This document shows positions 26,354 to 36,734 of a stretch of DNA of 64,000 nucleotides, piece after piece. Under the pieces are notes generated by a model. It saw only the letters and a list, made by a program, of their open reading frames with translations, was not told the DNA's origin and did not search any database. This stretch comes from an uncultured Clostridia bacterium (GTDB taxonomy: Bacteria; Bacillota; Clostridia; TANB77; CAG-465), in contig CANPWO010000003.1 in assembly GCA_947584535.1 (NCBI GenBank), positions 3,871-67,870 of the forward strand. The letters are read 5' to 3'. The position numbers were made by a program, and so were the translations under genes. The stretch's first letter is position 1. Every line of letters starts with the position of its first letter.

Positions 26354-26824
26354 ATGGAAAATAAGTTAGCAAATAAATATGTATTTTTTGATGTAGATGG
26401 AACGTTATCTGAGTATAGATATGAGGACAAGCTATATGGAGGAGAATGTAGCGAGCTTGGTTGTCAAAGTATGAAGAACTTGTTATTTGGAAATTTGTTT
26501 TTACAAGCTAGACCTTTAAAAACAATGCAAAATTTAGTTAGTCAACTTGATAGCGATAAGATATATATACTTGGTACAATTGTTACAAATAACGAAATTA
26601 ATCAAAAATATGAATGGCTAGAAAAAAATTATCCGTATTTTAAAAAAGAGAATATTATATTCGTAAGTTCAACAATGCTTAAAGTAAATGTATTGCTTGA
26701 ATATGCAAAAAAATTAAATGTAAAAACTGAAGATATTGTATTTATTGATGATAGATTAGATGTATTAAGAAAAGCAGAAGAAAATAATATTACCGCATAT
26801 CATCCAAGTTCATTTATGGAGTAG
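26354..26824 (+). CDS. HAD-superfamily hydrolase, 5'(3')-deoxyribonucleotidase-like
   Basis: FFDVDGTL motif I and a downstream DDR motif. 156 aa. Confidence 0.55.
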   Translation: MENKLANKYVFFDVDGTLSEYRYEDKLYGGECSELGCQSMKNLLFGNLFLQARPLKTMQNLVSQLDSDKIYILGTIVTNNEINQKYEWLEKNYPYFKKENIIFVSSTMLKVNVLLEYAKKLNVKTEDIVFIDDRLDVLRKAEENNITAYHPSSFME

Positions 26825-26879
26825 AAAAGATTTTGTAACCACTTTGCTATTAGTTGAATAAACTAATGTGAGGTGAATA

Positions 26880-27641
26880 ATGAACACTTTTATTGGAATA
26901 ATAATCCCTTTTTTAGGTACAACTCTAGGTGCATCACTAGTATTATTTATGAGTAAAAACTTAGATAAAAAAATAGAGAAATTTTTGCTTGGCTTTGCAT
27001 CAGGTGTTATGATTTCTGCATCTGTTTTTTCACTTATTATACCATCACTTGATATGGCTAAAGAACAAGGTGTAATATCATTTCTACCAGCAAGTATAGG
27101 TTTTATACTTGGAATGTTATTTTTGCTTTTACTTGATGTTTTAGTACCACATATAAATATAACTAGTAAAAATGGTAAATTTAGTAAAACAACTATGCTT
27201 ATTTTAGCTGTTACCATACATAATATACCAGAAGGAATGGCTGTAGGGATAGTCTTTGCAGGTATGCTTGCACAAAATGTAGGTATAACACTTGCAAGTT
27301 CACTTGCTTTGAGCATTGGGATTGCAATACAAAATTTCCCTGAAGGTGCTATTGTATCTATGCCACTTAGAAATGAAGGGATGTCAAAGAAAAAATCATT
27401 TTTGTATGGGATATTATCAGGTATTGTAGAGCCGGTATTTGCTATACTTACCGTATTACTAGTAAATTTTGTAACACCTTTTATGCCCTATTTTTTGTCA
27501 TTTGCATCAGGTGCTATGATATATGTTGTAATTAATGAATTAATACCTCAAACACAATATGGTAAAAATTCATATATTGGAACAATAGGTGTAACAGTTG
27601 GTTTTGTATTAATGATGATTTTGGATGTTGCACTTGGATAA
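26880..27641 (+). CDS. ZIP-family zinc transporter (ZupT-like)
   Basis: HNIPEGMAVG and QNFPEGA signature helices. 253 aa with about 8 TM segments. Confidence 0.85.
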   Translation: MNTFIGIIIPFLGTTLGASLVLFMSKNLDKKIEKFLLGFASGVMISASVFSLIIPSLDMAKEQGVISFLPASIGFILGMLFLLLLDVLVPHINITSKNGKFSKTTMLILAVTIHNIPEGMAVGIVFAGMLAQNVGITLASSLALSIGIAIQNFPEGAIVSMPLRNEGMSKKKSFLYGILSGIVEPVFAILTVLLVNFVTPFMPYFLSFASGAMIYVVINELIPQTQYGKNSYIGTIGVTVGFVLMMILDVALG

Positions 27642-27746
27642 GTTTTGAATAAACATAAGATAAATGTATAATATATTGAAAATAAATGTTATTTGATATA
27701 TAATTATTATGTAAAGGTCTTTAATATAAAAAGAGATGAGTAAATT

Positions 27747-29306
27747 ATGTTAGGAATTTATTTAATTGAACTGGGCGTATTTTTAATTATTTTATTAATA
27801 TTAAAACTTAGAGAAAAAAGCAAAGTTAAAGAAAATGGTATAGTTATAATGGACGGGAACGTATCTTTTAAGGATCATTTAAAAACAAATAAAAAATTGT
27901 ATGTTATATTAATTGTTCTATTTGTTTGTTTAATTATCTGTCAGTATCTATTTGAAATACCGCAAATGACTTTAGAAAAAACAAATATAGAAGCTAAAAG
28001 TAATGAAGATATTGTAATTCCATATACAGTATATCATTTTAATAATATAACTGATGAAGTAACAGTAGATAAAGGAAGTATAGATACACAAAAAGTAGGT
28101 GTATATAATGTAAAATATAAAGTTAAAACTTTATTTGGCACATATAATAAAGATTTCAAGATTAATGTAGTTGATACACTTGCACCTGATATAATACTAG
28201 AAGGAGGAGAAGATTATAAATTATCGTATCTAAAAGAATATACTGAACCTGGAGTAAAGGCTATTGATTTAAATGAAGGTGATTTAAGCAGTAATATTAA
28301 ATCTGAAAGAGAGGATATTAGTGATACAGAATTTAATATAAAATATACAGTAGAAGATAGTTTTAGTAATAAGGCAGAAAAAATTAGACATGTTACATTA
28401 ATAGATGATATACCACCTGTTATAACATTAAATGGTGAAGAAAACACTATAATAAATGTAGGACAAGCCTATACTGAAAAAGGTGCAAAGGCAAACGATG
28501 CAAAAGATGGAGATGTTTCAAGTAATATAGAAATTAAAGGAAATGTTGATACTTCTAAAGCAGGAGAGTATAGTATAAAATATACAGTAAAAGATAGTAA
28601 AGGTAATGAGGCAACTAAAATTCGTGTTGTAACAGTAGTAAAAAAAGAGGCTACAAATAATAAAAATAGTGGTAAAAAAGGAGTAATTTATTTAACATTT
28701 GATGATGGACCAAGTACTAATATTACACCTAAAATATTAGATATACTAAAAAGAAAAGGAATTAAGGCTACTTTCTTTATATTAAATTATGATAATTCAA
28801 AAGAGTATATTGTAAAAAGAGAGGCAAATGAAGGACATACTATTGCAATACACGGTTATTCACATGACTACAAAACTATATATAAATCAGAAGAAGCATT
28901 TATGAATAATATAGTAAAGTTAAGAGAGAAGATAAAAAAATCAACTGGATATGACTCAACAATAATAAGATTTCCTGGAGGAAGTTCAAATACTGTTAGT
29001 AAATTTAATCCGGGAATAATGACTAAATTAACAAATAAAGTACTTGCAAATGGATATAGATATTTTGATTGGAATGTTGACTCAAATGATGCAGGTGGAG
29101 CAAAAAATTCAAATGTTGTATATAACAATGTAGTAAATAATTTAAATAAAAATAGAGCAAATGTAGTATTAATGCATGATTTTTCAGGAAATAACAAAAC
29201 ACTTAACGCACTTGAAAGTATTATAAATTATGGAATTAATAATGGGTATACTTTTGAAAAAATAACTACAAGTACAGCTATGGTTACACATAATGTAAAC
29301 AATTAA
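27747..29306 (+). CDS. polysaccharide deacetylase (NodB-homology) with an N-terminal TM and Ig-like domains
   Basis: TFDDGP motif, HGYSH and RFPGGS motifs of the CE4 deacetylase family. Confidence 0.8.
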   Translation: MLGIYLIELGVFLIILLILKLREKSKVKENGIVIMDGNVSFKDHLKTNKKLYVILIVLFVCLIICQYLFEIPQMTLEKTNIEAKSNEDIVIPYTVYHFNNITDEVTVDKGSIDTQKVGVYNVKYKVKTLFGTYNKDFKINVVDTLAPDIILEGGEDYKLSYLKEYTEPGVKAIDLNEGDLSSNIKSEREDISDTEFNIKYTVEDSFSNKAEKIRHVTLIDDIPPVITLNGEENTIINVGQAYTEKGAKANDAKDGDVSSNIEIKGNVDTSKAGEYSIKYTVKDSKGNEATKIRVVTVVKKEATNNKNSGKKGVIYLTFDDGPSTNITPKILDILKRKGIKATFFILNYDNSKEYIVKREANEGHTIAIHGYSHDYKTIYKSEEAFMNNIVKLREKIKKSTGYDSTIIRFPGGSSNTVSKFNPGIMTKLTNKVLANGYRYFDWNVDSNDAGGAKNSNVVYNNVVNNLNKNRANVVLMHDFSGNNKTLNALESIINYGINNGYTFEKITTSTAMVTHNVNN

Positions 29307-29382
29307 AAAATAAAAATAGATTTAATAAAATGTATATTTTTTCTTCATTAATAATAAAATATTAATATGAGGTGAATAGTTA

Positions 29383-29844
29383 ATGAAACAAAAAGTATTT
29401 ACATTTATTAAATCTATTTTAGTACCTTTAATACTTGGTGGGATTGTTGGCTTTATACTATCTAAGTTTATGGACTATGATTCTTTAGTTCAGCCACCAC
29501 TTGCACCACCTGCAATATTATTTCCTATAGTATGGACAATATTGTATATTTTAATGGGAGTTTCATATGGAATTCTTAAAGTAAACGAACAAGTAGATGC
29601 GAAAATTAGTTTAATATATTATTTTCAACTTGGTGTAAATTTACTATGGCCAATAGCATTTTTTGTTTTTAAATGGCGTTTATTTGCATTTTTCTGGATA
29701 TTATTATTACTTGCATTAGTAATTGTAATGATAGTATCTTTCTATAAAAGAAATAAACTTGCTGGTTGGTTACAAGTGCCATATTTAATTTGGACTATTT
29801 TTGCAACATATTTAAATTTAGCAATATACTTATTAAATGGTTAG
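29383..29844 (+). CDS. TspO/MBR family tryptophan-rich sensory protein
   Basis: 153 aa with 5 TM segments. LAPPAILFPIVWTILYILMG is typical of TspO. Confidence 0.8.
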   Translation: MKQKVFTFIKSILVPLILGGIVGFILSKFMDYDSLVQPPLAPPAILFPIVWTILYILMGVSYGILKVNEQVDAKISLIYYFQLGVNLLWPIAFFVFKWRLFAFFWILLLLALVIVMIVSFYKRNKLAGWLQVPYLIWTIFATYLNLAIYLLNG

Positions 29845-29885
29845 ATTTTAGAAGTTTTTATGAGTTTTTCATAGAAACTTTTTTC

Positions 29886-29913
29886 TTGACATTTATTATA
29901 GAAAGTGTATAAT
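29886..29913 (+). promoter_or_regulatory. sigma-A promoter TTGACA-16-TATAAT
   Basis: -35 at 29886-29891 and -10 at 29908-29913, upstream of the TSCPD gene. Confidence 0.5.
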
Positions 29914-29946
29914 TAAAATGTATAATAAAATTCATGGAGGTATATT

Positions 29947-30207
29947 ATGAAATATACATTTAAAACGCAAAATACTTGTGCAAAAAGAATAAGATTTGAT
30001 TTAAATAAAAATATAGTAACAAATGTAGAATTTTTAGATGGTGGCTGTCCAGGAAATTTACAAGCATTACCAAGACTAGTTGAAGGAATGACAGTTGATG
30101 AGATAGAAAAAAAGCTAGGTGGTATTAATTGTTCTGGCAGAGGTACTTCTTGTGCAGATCAGCTTGCAAAAGCTGTTAAAAAAGCTTATGAAGAATCAAA
30201 AAAGTAA
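29947..30207 (+). CDS. TSCPD-domain small protein (TIGR03905-like)
   Basis: 86 aa with GGCPGN and GTSCADQLAKAV motifs characteristic of the TSCPD domain. Confidence 0.65.
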   Translation: MKYTFKTQNTCAKRIRFDLNKNIVTNVEFLDGGCPGNLQALPRLVEGMTVDEIEKKLGGINCSGRGTSCADQLAKAVKKAYEESKK

Positions 30208-30229
30208 ATTATAAGGAGGAAAGTTTAAT

Positions 30230-30685
30230 ATGGAAAAAGAAAATAATAATTTTAAAATTATAACAATTATTTTACTTGCAATTATTGTTATATTACTTGT
30301 TTTTGTAATTATGCTATATTTAAATTCTTTAAAAACAAATAATAATAGTAGTATGCAAGAGCCAACTAACGCAAATCAACAAGTAAATGAAAATGTTAGC
30401 AGTAATAATACTGATGTACAAAACAGTCAAAATAATAATTTAAGTAATGAACAAAATAATAGTAATCAAAACAATAATTATATATCAAGTCAAGAAGCAT
30501 TACAAATAGTGCTTAAAAGCTTAAATATTACAGAGGATAATATAAGGGACTTAAGCAATGAACTTGATTATAAATATGGAAAAAATGTGTATGAAATTGA
30601 TTTTGATTACCAAAATTATGAATATGAATATTATGTTGATGCAATAACTGGTGAAATATTAAAATCATTTAAAGAAAGAGATTAG
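30230..30685 (+). CDS. PepSY-domain membrane-anchored protein
   Basis: N-terminal TM, N/Q-rich linker and a C-terminal PepSY-like segment (YEIDFDYQNYEYEYYVDAITGEIL). Confidence 0.65.
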   Translation: MEKENNNFKIITIILLAIIVILLVFVIMLYLNSLKTNNNSSMQEPTNANQQVNENVSSNNTDVQNSQNNNLSNEQNNSNQNNNYISSQEALQIVLKSLNITEDNIRDLSNELDYKYGKNVYEIDFDYQNYEYEYYVDAITGEILKSFKERD

Positions 30686-30689
30686 AAAA

Positions 30690-30720
30690 ACAAGCAGTTT
30701 AATTTATTTAAACTGCTTGT
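30690..30720. terminator. bidirectional terminator
   Basis: ACAAGCAGTTTA / TAAACTGCTTGT stem flanked by an A5 run and TTGG. Confidence 0.7.
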
Positions 30721-30727
30721 TTGGTTA

Positions 30728-31607
30728 TTATAATTCTATTAATTCATATTCTTTTGTACCAATACCAAGTTTATCTGCAACATCTATTGTGTGTGTACCA
30801 TGTCTTGAGTTAATTCTTTCAAGTAAATGGTCTTTACCAGGATCATTTGAAGATTTTACTAAATCAATACAAGCTTGGTCTATAGCAACTGGATCAAGAG
30901 AAGATAGTATGCCTATATCTTTCATACATGGGTCTTCAGCTACATTACAACAATCACAGTCAACTGACATATTACACATTATGTTTATATATGCAATATT
31001 ACCTTTAAAGTAATCAACTACAGAAGATGCAGAATCTGCCATTGCTTCTAAAAATTTAAGTTGATCTACTTTAAACATATCATCATATGAACCATTTTCT
31101 TTACCAACGCAATGTATATATCTTTTACCTGCAGATGATGCAACTCCAATAGAAAGTTGTTTTAAAGCTCCACCATATCCGTCCCATTGGATGACCTTTA
31201 AAATGTGAAAGGACAAGCATAGAGTCGTAATTTTCTATATTTTTACCAACATAATTTTTTTTGATTACATTTCCATTTGGAATTTCAATAATTTTATCAG
31301 GTCCTTCAGCATCTAAAATATCTACATTAAAATATTTTGTCCATTCATGGCTATCCATTAACTCTTTGTGTCTTTGTGTTGTATTTCTTGCTCCATCATA
31401 AGCAGTATTACATTCAACTATTGTTCCGTTTATATAGTTAACCATTTCTTTTAGAAATTCAGGGCGAAGATAATTTTGATTTCCTTCTTCACCAGAATGA
31501 ACTTTAACTGCTACTTTACCAGGTAGCTCTTTATTAAGTGCTTTAAACATCTTTACTACACTTTCAGGTGTAAGTTCTTTTGTAAAATATACTTTTGATT
31601 TTTCCAT
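30728..31607 (-). pseudogene. DUF362-family protein disrupted by a single-base insertion near nt 31181
   Basis: Minus ORFs 31125..31607 (MEKSKVYFTKEL...SHFKGHPM) and 30728..31216 (..GYGGALKQLSIGVASSAGK...) together form one roughly 290-aa DUF362 protein. Removing one C from GGACGGA restores HPMGGYGGALK. Confidence 0.65.
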
Positions 31608-32029
31608 TTTATCATCCCTTTCAAACTATATAATAATATTATAACATATAATTGCAAGAAATATATAATAAATGTAAAAAAATAATTAGAAATATAATAT
31701 TGTTATATACACATATATATAAGTTTTTCTTATTTTTAAATAACTTAAATTTATGTAGGCAAGTAATTATACTTTATAAATGGTGAATATTATGATAAAC
31801 TATATATGAACATACTTGAAAATGAATTTATTGGTGATTATATAAGAAACAAAAATATTTAAAGAGGTGTCTAGATAATGAAAATAATAATAAATAAAAT
31901 TTAAATATAATAATTAAAAAAATGGTTATTTTCTATTATTTATAAAAGAAACCAATACATTATATGACCATCCATATTTATATTTTTTTATTTTTATATA
32001 TAATTATATATGAAAGGAAGTAAAAAAAT

Positions 32030-32443
32030 ATGGAAAATATTTATAGTAAAGAAAATTTAGAAGGGCTAGTTTTTGATTTAATTAAGTATCTGTATAATAC
32101 AAAAGACTATAATGATGAAAGATTAAGTGAAGGTGTTTTAATTTACAGTATGAATAAATGTTACTATGTGTCAAAAGAAAAAGCTAATTTTATGCTAAAG
32201 AATATTCCAATTTGTATTGAAGAAAATATTAAAATGGAGGAGTATTTTGAATTTTGCAATAGTAAAACATTGGTACTATCAATGGATTCTATTTTATGTG
32301 AATATCTATATTATGGAGATGTTCCTGATTCACAAAAAGTTAGAAAGAAAATAACAAATATTTTTGAAAAACACGGTTTATATTATGATTTTGGAAGTTG
32401 TTGGTATATATTTGCAGAGTCATTAAACAGACATGATAGTTAA
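32030..32443 (+). CDS. hypothetical protein (137 aa)
   Basis: Clean ORF with its own terminator. It is preceded by a 420-bp AT-rich leader region. Confidence 0.5.
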   Translation: MENIYSKENLEGLVFDLIKYLYNTKDYNDERLSEGVLIYSMNKCYYVSKEKANFMLKNIPICIEENIKMEEYFEFCNSKTLVLSMDSILCEYLYYGDVPDSQKVRKKITNIFEKHGLYYDFGSCWYIFAESLNRHDS

Positions 32444-32450
32444 AAAGAAC

Positions 32451-32483
32451 AAGACAAGAAATTTTAAAATTTCTTGTCTTTTT
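32451..32483 (+). terminator. rho-independent terminator
   Basis: AAGACAAGAAATTTT / AAAATTTCTTGTCTT perfect 15-bp palindrome followed by TTT. Confidence 0.7.
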
Positions 32484-32630
32484 AAAAAATATATAGAAAT
32501 ATTTGAATGTTATATATTTTAAGTAGAAATAGAGAAATATAATTATACATTTTACAATTACTAAAATATCTGATATAATTTAGTCAAAAATAACACTTAG
32601 TTATATTTATGAAAAAAGGAGAGTTTAATT

Positions 32631-33260
32631 ATGAAGGTATTATTAGTAAATGGAAGTCCAAATAAAGAAGGATGCACTTATACTGCACTTAATGAAGTTG
32701 CAAAAGAATTAAATAATGAAGGAATTGAAACTGAAATATTTTGGATAGGTAAAAAAGCTATATCTGGTTGTATTGCATGTCATAAATGTTCTGAAATAAA
32801 AAAATGTGTATTTGATGATGTGGTAAATGAATTTGCAGAAAAAGCTAAAAAAGCTGATGGATTTGTATTTGGAACACCAGTACATTATGCAGCAGCATCA
32901 GGAGCTATGACATCTTTTATGGATAGACTTTTTTATTCAACTTTTTCTAATTCAGATATATTTAGATTAAAACCAGCAGCAACAGTAGTATCAGCAAGAA
33001 GGGCAGGAACAACTGCTACTTTTGATCAGTTGAATAAATATTATACAATGACTCAAATGCCTGTAATTTCTTCAAGATATTGGAATATGGTACATGGTTC
33101 TAATTCAGAAGAAGTAAAAAAAGATGAAGAAGGTATGCAAATAATGAGAATACTTGGTAAGAATATGGCTTATTACTTAAAGTGTATTGAGGCTGGTAAA
33201 GAAAATGGTGTAAAACCACCAAAAGTTGAAAAAATTACATTTACAAATTTTATAAGGTAA
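32631..33260 (+). CDS. flavodoxin-like NAD(P)H-dependent FMN reductase / iron-sulfur flavoprotein family
   Basis: MKVLLVNGSPNKEG N-terminus and a CIACHKC cysteine motif. 209 aa. Confidence 0.6.
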   Translation: MKVLLVNGSPNKEGCTYTALNEVAKELNNEGIETEIFWIGKKAISGCIACHKCSEIKKCVFDDVVNEFAEKAKKADGFVFGTPVHYAAASGAMTSFMDRLFYSTFSNSDIFRLKPAATVVSARRAGTTATFDQLNKYYTMTQMPVISSRYWNMVHGSNSEEVKKDEEGMQIMRILGKNMAYYLKCIEAGKENGVKPPKVEKITFTNFIR

Positions 33261-33307
33261 ATAATATATGAATATATATTTTAAAATATCACAAAGAAAG
33301 GAAAAAC

Positions 33308-35287
33308 ATGAAATTAGAAAAAGAGAAAAAAATGTTTAAATTATATTCTAAATTTAAACCAACAGGAGATCAGCCACAAGCTATAGAGAAGCTTGTAGAT
33401 GGTATAAATAAAGGCTATGATGGACAAACATTACTAGGTGTTACTGGTAGTGGAAAAACTTTTACAATTGCAAATGTTATTGAACAAGTGCAAAAACCAA
33501 CTATAATTATGACACACAATAAAACACTTGCTGGACAACTTTATTCAGAATTTAAAGAGTTCTTTCCAGATAATGCTGTAGAATATTTTATCTCGTTTTA
33601 CGACTATTATCAGCCCGAAGCATATATTGCATCTACTGATACATATATTGAAAAAGATAGTAATATAAATGATGAAATTGATAAATTAAGGCATAGTGCA
33701 ACATCAGCATTATTTGAAAGAAATGATGTTATAATAATTGCAAGTGTATCATCAATTTATTCACTTGGCTCACCTGAAGATTATTCAAATATGGTACTTT
33801 CTGTTAGACCAGGTATGAAAATAAAAAGAGATGAAGTATTAGAAAGACTTGTAGAAATGCAATATGTAAGAAGTGATATGGAATTCTTAAGAGGAAATTT
33901 TAGAGTAAAAGGAGATATTGTAGATATATTTCCAGCAGATAATTCAGAGCAAGCGATAAGATTAGAATTCTTTGGTGATGAAATAGATAAAGTAGCTCTT
34001 ATTGAAGGTGTTACTGGAAAAGTTATATCTATCTCTAAGCATGAATTAATTTATCCAAAATCACATTATGTTATACCAAAAGAAAAGATAGACAAGGCAC
34101 TTGTAAAAATAGAAAAAGAAATGTACGATAGAATAAAATATTTTAAAGACCAAAATAAATTAGTTGAAGCGTACAGAATAGAACAAAGAACAAATTTTGA
34201 TATGGAAATGTTAAGAGAGACAGGCTTCTGTCAAGGTATAGAAAACTATTCAGCAATACTTGCAGGTAGAAAACCTGGTAGCCCACCATATACATTATTT
34301 GATTATTTGGGCGATGATTTTCTTGTTGTAATAGATGAATCACATGTAACAATACCACAAATTCGAGGAATGTATAATGGTGATAGAGCTAGAAAAGAAG
34401 CATTAGTAGATAATGGCTTTAGACTTCCTTCTGCACTTGATAATAGACCACTTAAATTTGATGAATGGGAGAGAAAAGTTCATCAAAAGATATTTGTAAG
34501 TGCAACACCAGCAGAATATGAAGAAAATCATGCAAGTCAAGTAGTTGAACAAATAATTAGACCTACAGGACTTCTTGATCCTAAGATAATTGTAAAACCT
34601 ACTGAAGGACAAATTGAGGATTTAACAAGTAATATAAATGAAATAACAAAAAGAGGTGAAAGAGTTCTTGTAACTACTTTAACTAAAAAAATGGCTGAGG
34701 AATTATCAAATTATTTATCTGAAAAAGGTATAAAAGTTAGGTATATGCATTCAGATATTGAAGCTCTTGATAGACTTGAAATAATACGAGATTTAAGACT
34801 TGGTAAGTTTGATGTATTAGTTGGAATAAATCTACTTAGAGAAGGACTTGATATACCTGAGGTATCGCTTGTTGCCATACTTGATGCAGATAAAGAAGGA
34901 TTTTTAAGAAGTGAACGTTCATTAATTCAGACAATTGGTAGAGCTGCAAGAAATTCTAACGGACAAGTTGTAATGTATGCTGATGAATTAACTGATTCTA
35001 TGGATAAAGCGATTCATGAAACTAATAGAAGAAGAAAAATACAAATAGAATATAATGAAGAACATAATATAATACCTCAAACAATTAAAAAAGAAGTACG
35101 AGATAGTATAAAAGCTACATTTAATGTTGAAGAAGAAAAAGAGATTGACATTAAAAAAGGAGAAACAATTGAAGAATCAATTGAAAGGCTTACTGAAGAA
35201 ATGCTTGAATATGCAAGAAAATATGAATTTGAAAAAGCAGCTGCACTTAGAGATTTTATAGAAGATTTAAAAAACTCAATTAATTAG
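33308..35287 (+). CDS. uvrB: excinuclease ABC subunit B
   Basis: 659 aa. GVTGSGKT Walker A, helicase motifs and a C-terminal UVR domain ([17 protein letters not shown]). Confidence 0.95.
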   Translation: MKLEKEKKMFKLYSKFKPTGDQPQAIEKLVDGINKGYDGQTLLGVTGSGKTFTIANVIEQVQKPTIIMTHNKTLAGQLYSEFKEFFPDNAVEYFISFYDYYQPEAYIASTDTYIEKDSNINDEIDKLRHSATSALFERNDVIIIASVSSIYSLGSPEDYSNMVLSVRPGMKIKRDEVLERLVEMQYVRSDMEFLRGNFRVKGDIVDIFPADNSEQAIRLEFFGDEIDKVALIEGVTGKVISISKHELIYPKSHYVIPKEKIDKALVKIEKEMYDRIKYFKDQNKLVEAYRIEQRTNFDMEMLRETGFCQGIENYSAILAGRKPGSPPYTLFDYLGDDFLVVIDESHVTIPQIRGMYNGDRARKEALVDNGFRLPSALDNRPLKFDEWERKVHQKIFVSATPAEYEENHASQVVEQIIRPTGLLDPKIIVKPTEGQIEDLTSNINEITKRGERVLVTTLTKKMAEELSNYLSEKGIKVRYMHSDIEALDRLEIIRDLRLGKFDVLVGINLLREGLDIPEVSLVAILDADKEGFLRSERSLIQTIGRAARNSNGQVVMYADELTDSMDKAIHETNRRRKIQIEYNEEHNIIPQTIKKEVRDSIKATFNVEEEKEIDIKKGETIEESIERLTEEMLEYARKYEFEKAAALRDFIEDLKNSIN

Positions 35288-35299
35288 AAAGATAAAAAT

Positions 35300-35338
35300 A
35301 TAGCAATGGATTTAACTTTTCATTGCTATTTTGTATTT
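35300..35338 (+). terminator. rho-independent terminator after uvrB
   Basis: ATAGCAATG / CATTGCTAT stem followed by TTTGTATTTTA. Confidence 0.6.
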
Positions 35339-35437
35339 TATTTAAATGTTTAAAATGTAGTACAATATATATTTAATTGTTACTTGCTTTTTTAAACTAT
35401 TTATAGTAATATAATAATAGTAATTAAGGTGGATTTT

Positions 35438-36361
35438 ATGGAGAATATTTTAGAAGCAAAGGTAGTTGAAATAATATTAGATAAATATATATTAAAGCTT
35501 GAAAATAACGAGTACGTTGAAGCAATATTAAAAGGAAATATAAAAAAGAAAAACAGTATATTAGTTGGAGACTATGTAAATGTTATTTTCTCATACGATA
35601 CTTATGTTATTACTAAAATATTAGATAGAAAAAATATGTTGATAAGACCACCTGTAGCAAATATAGATCAACTAATTATTGTACTATCCATATCAAATCC
35701 AAGTTTTGATTATATGTTACTTGACAAAGAACTTGTACTATGTAAATCAAAAAATATAACCCCTATACTATGTATCAATAAAGTAGATTTAATAGAAAAT
35801 AACAATGAATTAAAAGAAGAACTTAATAATATTACACAAATATATAAAAAGTTAGGTATACAGATTATATATACAAGCACTATATCAAATACTGGAATAA
35901 ATGATTTTAAAAATCTACTTAAAGGTAAAACATCTGCTTTTTCAGGGAATTCAGGTGTTGGAAAATCAAGCATTACGAAATTAATTGTACAAGATTTGGA
36001 AGATTATAACAAACTAAGAAATATAGAAATTGGAAATATAAGTAAAAAAAGTAAAAAAGGAAGGCATACTACTAAATATGTTAAATTATATAGTTTAGAT
36101 GAAGACTCATATATACTTGATACACCAGGATTTTCTAGTTTTGAAATAAATGATATATATTACAAAGATTTAAAGAATTACTATGATGATTTTAAAAAAT
36201 ATAGATGCGACTTTGAAGATTGCAATCATGTAAATGAAGATAAAGAAGTATGTAGTATAAAAAAAGCTGTAAATAATAACGAAATTGATAGAAATAGATA
36301 CGAAAGATATGTTTATCTGTTTAATAAACTTAAGGAAATAGATGATAAAAAGTATAAATAA
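35438..36361 (+). CDS. rsgA: ribosome small-subunit-dependent GTPase A (circularly permuted GTPase)
   Basis: G4-G1-G3 order: NKVDL ... GNSGVGKSS ... DTPGF. C-terminal Zn-finger CDFEDCNH. AAGGTGG SD before ATG 35438. Confidence 0.85.
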   Translation: MENILEAKVVEIILDKYILKLENNEYVEAILKGNIKKKNSILVGDYVNVIFSYDTYVITKILDRKNMLIRPPVANIDQLIIVLSISNPSFDYMLLDKELVLCKSKNITPILCINKVDLIENNNELKEELNNITQIYKKLGIQIIYTSTISNTGINDFKNLLKGKTSAFSGNSGVGKSSITKLIVQDLEDYNKLRNIEIGNISKKSKKGRHTTKYVKLYSLDEDSYILDTPGFSSFEINDIYYKDLKNYYDDFKKYRCDFEDCNHVNEDKEVCSIKKAVNNNEIDRNRYERYVYLFNKLKEIDDKKYK

Positions 36362-36373
36362 AAAAGGTAAATT

Positions 36374-36412
36374 ATGAATAAAAATATTGCTTTATTTATA
36401 CTAAATATCAAA
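36374..36412 (+). repeat. duplicated copy of the rpe 5' end (36 of 39 nt identical to 36735-36773)
   Basis: ATGAATAAAAATATTGCTTTATTTATACTAAATATCAAA versus ATGAATAAAAATATTGCTTTATCTATACTAAATGTTAAA. The upstream copy runs into a stop after 20 codons. Confidence 0.7.
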
Positions 36413-36461
36413 TTCAAGTCCTTGTTTTTTAATTAATAATTTAAGAAAGGAGATAATTTAT

Positions 36462-36692
36462 ATGAATATGAAAAAAATTATATCTATAGTGCTAGGAATA
36501 TTAATTATTGTAGTAGCAATAATAATGCCTTTTCATTTAAGTCAAATATGCTATGAATTTGATATGCACCAACAAGAATGGACTTTAAGTGGTTGGGCTG
36601 CAGTTCAAATTCAAGCAACAATTTATGGAATTATAATATGTGTTTTGACTTTAATTTTGGTATTAATGAATGTGTTAAAAAAATCTAAATAA
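36462..36692 (+). CDS. small two-TM membrane protein (76 aa)
   Basis: GAAAGGAGA SD. It lies between the two copies of the rpe 5' segment. Confidence 0.5.
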   Translation: MNMKKIISIVLGILIIVVAIIMPFHLSQICYEFDMHQQEWTLSGWAAVQIQATIYGIIICVLTLILVLMNVLKKSK

Positions 36693-36734
36693 TTTAAATA
36701 TAAATTAGAATTTATTAAAAAGTGGAGTTAAGAT

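Noticed and set aside
30717-31013. 98-aa + strand ORF overlapping the DUF362 gene.
   Set aside because: Antisense to a conserved DUF362 coding sequence. No SD.
33261-33307. LexA box upstream of uvrB.
   Set aside because: Only a GAAT-containing AT-rich stretch is present. There is no GAAC-N4-GTT[CT] match in the short upstream region.
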